Positions 48,301 to 59,266 of a stretch of 64,000 bases of DNA are shown piece after piece. The notes under the pieces are model-generated. The model ran no database searches. It saw only the letters and a program-made list of their open reading frames with translations, and had not been told where the DNA came from. Both the position numbers and the translations under genes were made by a program. The stretch covers positions 1-64,000 of the forward strand of contig QPGO01000165.1 in NCBI GenBank assembly GCA_008632985.1, in the 5' to 3' direction. Numbering within the stretch: position 1 is the first letter of the stretch; the number at the start of each line of letters is the position of its first letter. The stretch is from Psammoneis japonica. Taxonomy: Eukaryota.

Positions 48301-48640
48301 CGACATTCAATTGGTGGACCGCAGTGCAGGAGACGAACTCATGAGGCTGGGTCAAGAGGTTCGTTCAAAAATGGTGGAGTCTCGAGAAGTGGTAATGCAG
48401 GTGACCGGCTCGGAAGCCTTGGCGCAAGGTCCACATCAAGCTCTTATTCAAGGCTGGACCAAGATTCGGCATCCCTACGTGGATCCCATTAACGTCATGC
48501 AAGCCGAGCTCTTGAAGCGATTGCGAGCCATTGAAGCCAAGGGTAACCCAGAAGAGCAGAGGGAGGAAACGGAACGCTTAAAGGACGCACTTATTGTATC
48601 CATCAATGGCATTGCACAGGGAATGCGCAACAGTGGATAA
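45316..48640 (+). CDS. PEPC: Phosphoenolpyruvate carboxylase; exons about 45316-46017, 46106-47924, 48004-48064, 48182-48640
   Basis: VLTAHPTE, FGSWIGGDRDGNP, VVPLFETL, QEVMVGYSDSAKDAG, FHGKGGTVGRGG, LRAIPW, C-terminal GMRNSG; three GT-AG introns restore the frame. The start is uncertain: the nearest ATG is one base out of frame. Confidence 0.95.
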
Positions 48641-48680
48641 TTTTACAATGTAATCTTAAAAAAAGTCTCATAACATTTTT

Positions 48681-49120
48681 CTACTTGAATGAAAGCACTT
48701 CAATCTCAAACAAGAGTTCGGAGTTCGGTTGAATCCCCCACGCCGGAAAACCGCCAGCGCCATAGGCATAGTCCGGACTGCAATGTACCTTTGCAACCTC
48801 GCCGAGCGACACTACAGTAAAACACAGAGAAAATGATGGAGAATGATGATTGAGTGTGTTCATTAAACACGCAAGAGCCCACACATGCCATCACAATACA
48901 GCATCCACTTACTCCCAATGACACTCTCGTCCCAGCCCTTGATGACTTGCCCCATGCCCACGGCAAAAGTAAAGGGCTCTTGTCCCGGATCCTTGGTGCT
49001 CCAAAACTTTTTTGACAAGTCTCGATCCTTTCCGTAACCAGTGCAGTGGACCGTCACGTTTTGACCCTTCTTCGGAAGAACTCCATTTCCTTGTTTCATG
49101 ACTGTCTTTGTGAAACCCAT
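48681..49120 (-). CDS. FKBP12: FKBP-type peptidyl-prolyl isomerase (FKBP12-like); exons 49120-48913 and 48811-48681
   Basis: VTVHCTGYG..FWSTKD..PFTFAVGMGQVIKGWDE, then MSLGE..SPDYAYGAGG..IQPNSELLFEIEVL; one GT-AG intron. Confidence 0.9.
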
Positions 49121-49265
49121 GGTTAACAATAGTAATCCGATGCAAAGTGATGATTGCGTTTCTGGCATCTGTTTCGCAGCAAAATAAGATTTTTCGGTAA
49201 AGATTTCATGCTCGTGGCTGGTTAACGATAAGCCCATAACCCAATCTCTTTGTCTGACTTCGAGC

Positions 49266-49390
49266 CAAAGTAAGCTAAATGGTTAGTGTAAATCGTTAAG
49301 TATCATTTCCACTTCGACACAAAGTAAGCTAAATGGTTAGTGTAAATCGTTAAGTGTCATTTCCACTTCGACACAAAGAGAGCTAAATGC
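49266..49390. repeat. 54-bp tandem duplication (two copies plus a partial) upstream of FKBP
   Basis: caaagtaagctaaatggttagtgtaaatcgttaagt(a/g)tcatttccacttcgaca at 49266 and 49320. Confidence 0.9.
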
Positions 49391-50868
49391 TTAACGGTAG
49401 TGGTCAGATTTCAAAATATGAGCAATACAGAAATGTCAATGATGAATAAGGATTTTTGATTGCTTCTGCCGTAAATATCATTAAGACAATGCCACTAATG
49501 AATACACAAATGAATTTGTATTCCATCCTTTTCCTGAACTTTGATCTATCGGCATTTTTGACACGAGTACGCGATGACAACAATAAGGCATGCTTGTATG
49601 TGTCATGGCCATAAGCTGTGAGGCGTACCGTCACATTTGGATTGAACTCGGGGATCTTGATGTCGAAAGTAGCCATTTGTTTGACATTCGTGATTTTTCA
49701 TCGCCCACAAACTGGGATTTCAACTGAGTCGAGTTGATGTTGGACGTGTTTCAAAGCACTGCGTTTGATGAAACAATTGAGGGCTCTGGAATTATGGCAT
49801 TTTATGCCATGGAGACTTAAAACAGTAAATGGGTTGACAATCAAGCAGTGATCGGGTTTGCCAACATTTCCAAAAATGTGACAACAAAAATTGCATCACT
49901 CCACAACCAACAACATCTCAAGGGATAGAAACAAGAAAAGTGACTCCTCTTTGCACTTGAATTAAAAGAGACAACAATGCACAACAAACATTTGAGAAGG
50001 ACAAGAAGCTCTTGAATGCATGGAACAAGAAGAGAGTCAATGAATCGCTCTTGTTTCGAACCTCTTGACCCGTTCTGTCCATGATGGTGGTTGGTTGAAA
50101 GGTTGGTGGTGGTTTTTCATGTGACTTGCAGCTTGAGGCATGTTGTTGCATGAACACATGGCCCATGTGTGGTGTCACCTTTGGAATGTGCCACTTGTGG
50201 AGCTTGAGTGGACAACTCTCTGTGCTCAAGCTTTGTCCGCCAAGTGCTCCGTCAAAGTCCACCAGATGCTGCCCCATCCCACCTGACCATTGACACAAAA
50301 CAGTTCTTGCAAAATGTTGTTGCCTGTTTCCCTCTTCCTCTGCAGAGCAGCTCTCTTGGTGACAGTGCTGCCCACATGCCAGAATGTGCTCAAGAATGTT
50401 TTCCATTTTGCCAGCCAAGACACCCAACTCGGGGCTGTGTGGGCTCGAATCTCTCTCAAGACAAGCCAACATTTGTGCCTGGCACTGGTGGCAATGCTGA
50501 GCCCTCCTTCCTGTCTGACTTCCCAGGAGTGTGCCCAGACCTCCTGCATGCTGGGTGGCTCAATCACAAGACATCAGAGTGCACGAAATGTTAAAAATGT
50601 GCAGATTTGCATGATGAAAATTTGTCGAAACATTGCAAAAAATCATTGCGACACAATGAAAGGCCAACCTCTGGTTGCAAGTTTGGTGTGCCAATGTTGC
50701 AATGACTCATTGGGAATTGTGTGTGCCATTTTTCACTGTGTCCACATCACTGTTTCTGCCTCCACCTTGTTGCCATGTGCCAATGCGTGATTGCATTGCC
50801 ACACAATCCTTGGTTTGTCAATTTTCGTAAAGATTGTTCCAAACAAGAAAATCATTTCATCGGTTGAG

Positions 50869-52284
50869 TCAATCCCTCGTTATGTCTGCAGTGCAATGAC
50901 TGAGTGCTGTGTCAACTGTGCACACATTTTCTTGCTGCAACTCTCTTAAACTGAGCCAACGATCATCATTGGACTCGTCTCCATCGGACTCGTCTCCTCC
51001 GTCGTCCGTTTTGCCTTTTGCCCCTTCCTCCTGCTCATCGTCGTTGCTGTCATCGTCCCTGCTGCTCTCCACCATCAGGCTGTTCATTGCCTTCACCTTC
51101 TCCGCATCACCGGTCAGTGCTTCCTTCTTCTTCTTTTTTGCTTCTCCGGACTTTTCGCACTCGCTTTTCTTGATCTCCGCATGCCACTTTTCAAACTCCT
51201 TGCCCTCCTTGGAGTCTCTGTCTTTCGTCACCTCTTTGTGTGACTCGTTGAACTGATTGATTCCTTCGTCTCCCCAAGACACTCATTGTTTCTTTGGCTT
51301 CGTGTGCCGAGGGGCAGGCCTTGTTTCTTCGGGCTCCATTTCCTCACCCAATTCTTCCACTGCCTCCTCCTTGTTCCTGTGTGCCCACACCTGCCAATGA
51401 TTCTCCACAGCTGACAGCGCCAAAGCTTCGTCACCGACCGCAAACAACTGTGAGACCTGTGCGTTCCCAGTTTTGACGGTCTCACTCCATGCCTGCTTTT
51501 GCTTGGTTTGAGGTGGCATGTGATCACAGAACCACTTGCATGCCTGCTTGTTCCTTCGTTTACCGCCGGTGATAGTGTCTGGGCCAAACGGACCCCATGT
51601 CGGCACAAACGGGATGTCATTCTCTTCATTCTTGTCACGGCTTGATTTGTTCCTGCCTTGCTTTTTCCTCCTGACTGCCGCCTTGAGTTTCTTTTCTTTT
51701 TCCTTTCCCTCTTCCTCAGTGACAACGCCCATGTAGATGAAGCATCACCGCAATCTTCTTGTGAGACACACGCAACTCTCGAATCACACACATTGGTCAC
51801 TCAACTTACAGGCCATTGCCTCCACCCCAACAGCCAAACACACCGTGTTTCTGCGATTGTTAATTTGCCTTTTTGCTGCCTTTTTTGCCCATTCCTCCCA
51901 AGTTCTTGACCAATTTGAAGTGTCCATGTTGCCACCAGCAATCTTTTTCTTGACAAACATTGAGACGCTCCCATTGCTTGCCAATTCTGACGGACTGAGA
52001 AACTTCACCTGTGGAAACAGATCATTTCTAGCCACCTTCTCTGCTTCTGATTTCAATGCACCATGCGCTGCCTGCGTGCCTGTTCTCTTCAACACTGCCT
52101 GAAGTCTCAGGCTCATTTGCTCAATGGTCTCATTTTTCTTTCTCTTCTTTGCCGGTGGTGCTGGAGACGACATCTTGCTCTTTTCACAGCAACAATGAGA
52201 GGAGTGGCACTGTTCGACAGTGCAACCGTCATTTGGGTCGTGTTGAGACAGCCAGGCACTCCATTTTTCTCTGCAACATTGCAC
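50869..52284 (-). pseudogene. Accessory ORF(s) of a second Plavaka-like element
   Basis: ARNDLFPQVKF..W..KRQINNRRNT, VGDEALAL..VENHW..PRHT, and WGDEGINQFNE..EV.KDR; parallels 7488-8760. Confidence 0.5.
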
Positions 52285-52619
52285 AAATTATTGTCAGCAA
52301 CATTGAAATTTGAAAATGTATTTGCACATGACAACGAACAGTCCAACTTGCTTTTTGACATGGCTGTCATTGCATTTCAACGGAGACAACATTTTTCATT
52401 TTGATGGTGAATAAAAAGCACAATGTTCATCGTGAATGCCAGACAAAAAATCAAAATGCAGACACGTCACACCTGTGAGAATCATCCAAATCTGGAACGC
52501 AATGCAATGTTTGCCAATTTCCCGCCATTTTTTGCGTGTTGTTCTTCTTTTCCCTTCTCATCCACAAGACAAGGACAACGAGCAAGAGTCTTGATGAAGG
52601 CCCTGTCAATGTTGTCTGA

Positions 52620-54420
52620 TTGACAATGGACGGAAACCCTCTTCTCTGTCCCGGTTGTGGCCAAAGTTTTTTGCGAATGGCCTGCCATTGGAGATGCTCA
52701 CCGACGTGTTGCTCAGTTGCCCAAGAGTTGCAGCAAACCCAAGATCCAATCCCAGATCAAAGCGACATTCCTGCCACAACAGAGGGGCCACCCGAAGAAA
52801 GCGGCAGTTCTTCCTCTTTGTCCTCTGATGATGACGAATCCCATCTGAGGCGATCTGCTCACAGCCGATTCCCAAGATCTTCAACGAGTGATCCGAGCAG
52901 CAGCCCCTTCTTGTTCCCCTCCCAGGATGACGCACCGCACGGAATGGACGACATGTCCTCCATTTCATCAAACCACAGCATGCATGGAGTTGAACCTTTG
53001 GCAATGAATGATTTGGATGTTGGCGGTGGTCAATCCTTTGCTGCAGTGTTGGACGTGACAATGGAGGAGGAAGAGGACATTCACGATGAGGATCAACGTT
53101 TGGGGACCAGGTGTGACGCTCCTGCAGAAGAGGCCTTGGCTTCTACTCCCTCTTTGACAAATCTTGACGGAGCTTGCGCAGAGTTGTGCAAGAAGATCAT
53201 GGACACACGTGGTGCTCCCCTGGAATTGTGCGATCACATTGTTGATTTCATTGAGAGGCACACTGGTGACAGCAACATCAAGCTTGGTGCAGTTCTGCCA
53301 AGGAGAAAAGAGTTGATGCGCACCCCAACTAATCATTTCCCTCTTCCACCCAGCGAGTCCATTCCTGTCACTCCAGAAACCAAAAATTTCAAAACCGGTT
53401 TGCCAAAACGAGTGTCAGTGCCAAGATGGGATTTCACAAAGGTTTGGGAACAGTTTTTGCTCGATCCTCACCTGCGGTGCAGCCAAGAGAACACGGCCGA
53501 TCCAGACAATCCTTTTGGGAAGTACAAAGCGAAGGGACCGGATGACAAGTGCCTTTTGGCGGGTGAGTGGCACAGGCGCAGTTACGAAGAATGGACAACT
53601 GACCCGGAGAAACAATTTCTTGAGTGCAATGTCATTTACCTCAACAAGACTGGTGGGACACAAGGGATGGGATCACATTGCGGAGAACCAGTGATCATGA
53701 CCTCTGCGCATGTTACCTTCAACAAATGGTCGGACAAGAGTGTCTGGAAACCAATTGGTTGTCTCCCGGATTTGGAAAAGATGTCGTCATCTGCGGCAAA
53801 GAATGTCTCAAACAATCGCAAGGCGGAGAAGGGACGCTCCTCAAGAGACTGCCACACTTGTTTGCGTGTCATTTTGGAGCCACTTTTGGAAGTCATGAGA
53901 AAAGGAGGCATGAAAACACACGTGCGATGTCGGAAAAGTGGGAGGATTGTGTTGGTGAAGACAGTGAAAATGCACACCTGACTTGCAAGACAGAGTTTTG
54001 CAATGCAAACGGGAGGGATGCATGCCATGCGCACCCCGATTACAAAAGCAAAGGACCATGGCATGACTTTGCCTGTGTGACCTTCCCGTTTGCTGTGTTT
54101 GTTCGAACAGGAAGACACAGGATCGATTTTTGCAGTGGTCCATCCAACTGCTTGTCAAGCTGACCAGAGAACTGTGAGGCAACGGCATCAGCACACAGAC
54201 TTGGTCAGTCGCTGGCAGCTTGATCACAAACAAAACAACTGGCTTTCAACGCCTGAGAAGACTCTGCACTCACCTGAGTTGCGTGTTGTCCCTGTCGAAG
54301 CAATTGGGGACAATGTTTTGGTTTATGAAGAATGTCCAGGAGCAGCAGAAGCGCAAGAAAAGGCAAAATTTGTTTGGGCCACACAGGACAGAAGGAAGTG
54401 TTGGTCAGATTTGTTTCTAA
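52620..54420 (+). pseudogene. Plavaka-type transposase of a second family, internally deleted
   Basis: N-terminal CPGC..HWR..C; VIYLNKTG..GEPVIMT..WKPIGCLPD..DCHTCLRVIL; C-terminal HAHPDYKSKGPWHDFACV. Confidence 0.7.
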
Positions 54421-57400
54421 AATGGGATGTGTGCATCAATCTGTCATTCACTCACAGTGGTTTCCCAACTGTTTCTTGCAAACATGATGAATTTGTTCCT
54501 TTCAGAATTGGCAAAGTCATTGTGGCACACGTGAAGCAGTGTGGTGCGAGCACCTTCCGTTGCTTTTGTTCTGATGTCTTCTTCTGAAACTCCAAGACAA
54601 GCTTCTTCCTGATCGGAAGGCTTTCCCAACCACCGACACAACAGGAAACTCTCAATGCATCAGATGTGTGCAGTTTTAGAGCAATCACTTCCTCATGGAT
54701 TCCATGCAGTGTCCACTCACACGGTCCGTTCAGTCATCCTGTGCCATGAAATGTTCCCTGGCAGCCACAATTGCCTGCTGAAAGTCGGCGCTGTGGTCAG
54801 GCTGGTTGACAGCCACCATTTGTGCATCGATTTGCAATGCCAGCTGAAGGACCCTTTCTCTTGCCACGGCTTCTTCCTCCATGGCCCGGATCGCGGTCCA
54901 CATCCCTCCACGCATTTGATCTGTGCCTGGCCTCAGATCATGCAAAGCTTGCCACTGTCACTGCAAGGCAACGTCTTTCCTTCTCAAATCGTCAAGGGCC
55001 TCATGGAGCAACGTGATTGCATGCTTCAGGACGCGCAGCGGATGTGTTAGATGTCGCCTTCGAAGGAGGCGCAAGGCACGGCGGTGGATGGATTTGTTGA
55101 TGCTGTTAATCGCAGATTGCTCCCTCTCTACTGACATTGTGGCGTCTGTGTCAGAATTGGCCCTGAGGCTTCTCAGAAGCAACATCGAGTCACAGCTGTG
55201 CAGCATGTGCAGCCTCAATTCTGATTTTTGATGTCCCACAATGGAGATTGGGAGCCCCAGTTCTTTTGCGTCAAATGCGTTGCCGTCAAGAAAGCATTGG
55301 AAACTCATTTCCACTTTGCTGTAATTTTCCACTGCATCAACGCAGTCGTTGTCTGAATGGTGCATCTTGATCGATGACTCAACGCACTGCACACAGATGG
55401 GCTTCAATTCGCGAGTGGTTGTTGCTGGATTTAACAAAGCAATCTCAAGTGCGGTCGTTGCAGCCACATTTGCATGACGGGCTTCTGCCATTGCTTCTGC
55501 CGATCTTGACACAGCAGCCTTTGCATCCTTTGCTGTCTGTTCCTCCGAACAACGAGCAACGTCAGCGTGAACAAAACCATCAACTGTCTCCATCATCCGG
55601 CGACGGAAATCCTCATCAGCGGATTGAATGAGTTCATCTAACATGGTTTTCTTCTAATGCTCTGATTGTTGTGGTCGTGGGTCCGCCATTGCATTCACCA
55701 GATTGGTCGTGCGTCAGTCACAAAATTCTGGTCTCTGTGGAATTGTGCCAGAGTGGTGCGTGGGAGAAGTCACACACGCACCTGGCATGATTTGGAGTTT
55801 TAAACACAAAAACCTGCCAGACGTGCGTGCAACTTCTCCCAGGGAAATCCTGCATGAGATTGCACCGGGAAAGGGCAACACGGAGTGCAGAATTGATGGA
55901 AGAAAATGTTGCACGGAACAGCATCAGGAGAAAGGGTGCATGCACTGGAAAACAACATGGATTTCTACACACACGTTAAGGTGCGTGAAGAACACGTGGG
56001 TGCCTTCAAGTGACGCATGCGAACAATCATGAAGAAACATTCGGAAATGCAGACAGCACAGAGAGAAGTCAGAAACATGGATCCAAAACAAAGTGACACA
56101 CGATGAAGGTGATGGCAACGGGATCGATGAAAAAGAAGGATTCGGATGGAAAGACGCTAGAGACGGTGAAAACAGGTGGCGCCAAGAGGAAGAACGGAGA
56201 GAAAAATGGGACGGGCAAACGAAGAAAGAGAAAAAGAAGCAGACGACACGACGTCAAGAGGGGAGCAGCAACATGATTCGGCATTTCGAGGGACATCTTC
56301 CTCTCGATGATGTTCACCCAAATGCAAGAAATGCAGTGTGGCTTTTTTGGAATGGTGACGAGGAAACATCCAACGCAGCAGTGGCACATTTGAAATTCTT
56401 GCAAGAGAGCGGACAAGACATGTGGAATGAAGAGGACGATGCGGACGAACAGGCTAATTGGAGCACAGTTGTTGATTGAACAACCAGCGCACACTTTACA
56501 TGATGAAAATTTCATTGCATGTAATTGCAATGTTTGGCTTGTCGTTAAAGATCGTCAGTTGTTGTGAAAAAGGCAGAGCATAAAAATTAAAAAGCATCTG
56601 TGTTCAAACATGAAGAATGGCAGGTGCCCAGACCTCCTGCGTGCTGGGTGGCTCAACCACAAGAGTTGCTGTCTTTGTTGGTTTTGTCAGCAGGATGTGC
56701 CAAGGCTGCTCTGGCTGTGTGTGCACCTGGCTGGCACCACAAGGCCCAACGCAAGGACAGCTGCGACAGTGCTTTCTGCTGTCAGCAAAGAGTGTGAGCT
56801 GGCTGGACTGCCCAACCCCACACTTTGCAGCTCCTTGGCAGTCACTCCAAATCAAGTGCCAACTTGGGGTCAACCGCACCTGGCTGGTTGCAATGCAAAG
56901 ACAGCTGCGGCAGCACTTTGTGACAACAAAGAGAGTGTGAGCTGGCTGGGCTCCCAACCCCACACTTCACAGCCCCTCAGCACTGGCTCCCAATCAAATG
57001 CCAACTTGGGGTCAATGGCTGTGAAGCCATTGTTGCAAATCCCTGTGCCTGCCCCCTCACACAGCTTTGCACAGGGTCAACATGTGTGGCCTTTGCAAGA
57101 TGGGCCCCTGGCTTGCTGCTGACTCCTCAGCCACGGCTTGCAACAAGCCACCACAACACAGAGCATTGTGGGGTGAGTGCAGCACAGCTTGAACAAGCAA
57201 ACCATGCTGACATCACCCACAGTCAGCTGCTGTCCTGGGGCTCCATTCAAAGCTGAGCTGGGCTGCTTGGCTCCTTGGTGTGCAGCACATGCTTGGCATC
57301 ACATTCTTGTCGCCAAGCAGCCACATGGCATGTGCCCACCATTTGTGCCTGCAGCGACCCCAGCCACAAAGAAGCCAACAAAAAGTTGAACCTGCTTTTG

Positions 57401-57854
57401 TGGTTAAAGAGTGAAGAAACTGTGAGTGAAGTTTGTTTCAAGATTTGTTGGCAATGCCAAGTGGGCAACCAAAGAGAGGTGCCAGAAATGGCTGTCCTCG
57501 CTCATTTCTCAAGAGGAGCTTGCGCTCATGATGCAGGGTCTGAAGCAAGCACCAGCCAATGTGACAGTTTTTTTCTCTCTGCCCCACTTAAAACACAGCC
57601 TTTGAGTCAATGTGGTGCTCCTTCAACAACTCACGCACACTGGGAGGAGCAGCTGGAGCCAGGGCAGCTGGCCTGGCAGGGCTTGGCTGACACCCAAGCT
57701 GGGCTGCTCAGCCTGGTGGCACACACTCAGTGCCACATTGTCACCCTCCTGCAGCTGCAATGTGCCCCACTTTTTGCACCTGCAGCAACCACCCTGGACC
57801 AAAAGAAGCCAGTGCAACTCTGGCCATGGTTGCATGGTCAATTGTGTGTGTGTG

Positions 57855-58010
57855 TGTGTGTGTTCAATGGTTGATTCCCCTCTTTTTTCTCTTTTCCTTT
57901 AACCGGCCACGAACATGAAATTCGGCAATTTTTTCATGTTCGTGGCCGGGTATAAGGAAAACGAAAAAAGGAGGGGATTACGTACAGTAGACCGTGCGTT
58001 GAACGCACAC
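57855..58010. repeat. Long imperfect palindrome with a perfect 18-bp stem
   Basis: ccggccacgaacatgaaa (57903-20) and tttcatgttcgtggccgg (57932-49); arms extend imperfectly by another 45-60 bp. Confidence 0.9.
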
Positions 58011-59000
58011 TCCATATCTTGTATTACTGACATTCATCGTTGAATGTGTAGATTTCGCAGTTGCACGCAACAAACTGCAGCGCAGCACAATGATGAGTGC
58101 AGCCGGTGTCACCGCAAGCATTTTGATATCTCAACGATTCTTTCACCGATTTTCCCGTTTCCTGTTTCCTTCTTAACGAGAATTGTACGAACCATCCCAC
58201 AAGCTTGGTCCCATTTTTTGTTAATGTGAATTATGGATTTGTGGTTTTGTCCAAAGTGCGCAAAAAAAATCGATTGTGCCATGCTGGACAGGTTCAAGGT
58301 TAGTGCTGTTTCGTTTATCAATGGTGCGTTCACCAATTTCTCACTTATTTTGCCATTTAAAATGCCAGCGAATTTCACTAGCTTTTTTGCTTACATAGTG
58401 CTTGCTTCGTTATGTTCTTATTGAATGCCGGATGGGTGAGTGGATGCGACGCCCCGCCGCACGAATGCACTCTCTCACCTCTTGTTTTGCTTTAATCTTT
58501 GTCCATTGTGCTACCGGTACGGAAAATTCGAGGGCATGGAGTATTTTTGTGGTAGTCTAATCTACGATATACCACTTTGGGGAAGAGTAGCATTACTAGC
58601 AGCATTGTCGGTGCCGGGAATAAGTGAGACAGCATTACTGGTATGACCGGTAATAAGTGCGGCCGTGTTGGACTACCGTAAGTAGGCGGAATAGGAGCAT
58701 GCGGCAATTGAGTGGGTGGCATGACTCTTTTGGTACGCATCAAAAGGACTTGTAAATTCCAAATTCTTAGCACCATTCATTCCTATTTCCAGCACTAATC
58801 TTTCTACTTGCTGCATCTTTTCTTGGGGTTGCACCATATCCTATAGGTTGATGTGGAGCATACTTACTCTAGAGTTGATGGATGGGTAAAGCAAACTCTA
58901 CTTTATTATCATTTAGCCATGCACCCCCCACTGGCAATGGGGGTTAGCATTGGAGAAGGAGGCTCACGAGTCGTCGGCATTGTGGAGTAGCCAGTCGATG

Positions 59001-59206
59001 TAGGAGCAGGTGACATTGCAGCAGCTGGGCGGCATTGGAGTAGGCGGTGTAGGACACGACAAGCTAGGAGTAGGAGCAGGTGGCATTGCAGTATCTGGGC
59101 GGCATTGGAGTAGGCGGTGTAGGACACGACAAGCTGCTGGTAGGAGCAGGTGGCATTGCAGTAGCTGGGCGGCATTGGAGTAGGCGGTGTAGGACACGAC
59201 AAGCTA
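59001..59206. repeat. 70-bp minisatellite, three copies
   Basis: taggagcaggtg.cattgcag.a.ctgggcggcattggagtaggcggtgtaggacacgacaagct at 59001, 59071 and 59141. Confidence 0.95.
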
Positions 59207-59266
59207 CGAGCAGGGTCTAAGATGACGCTGAATACGCTACATGCAATGTGATAGTTATTTTGTTTA

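Noticed and set aside
49404..49676. Short ORFs in TA-normal DNA here and at 58109-58776
   Set aside because: No recognisable motifs or reliable exon structure.
59001..59206. CRISPR-like array
   Set aside because: Contiguous 70-bp tandem units without unique spacers, eukaryotic context, no cas genes.
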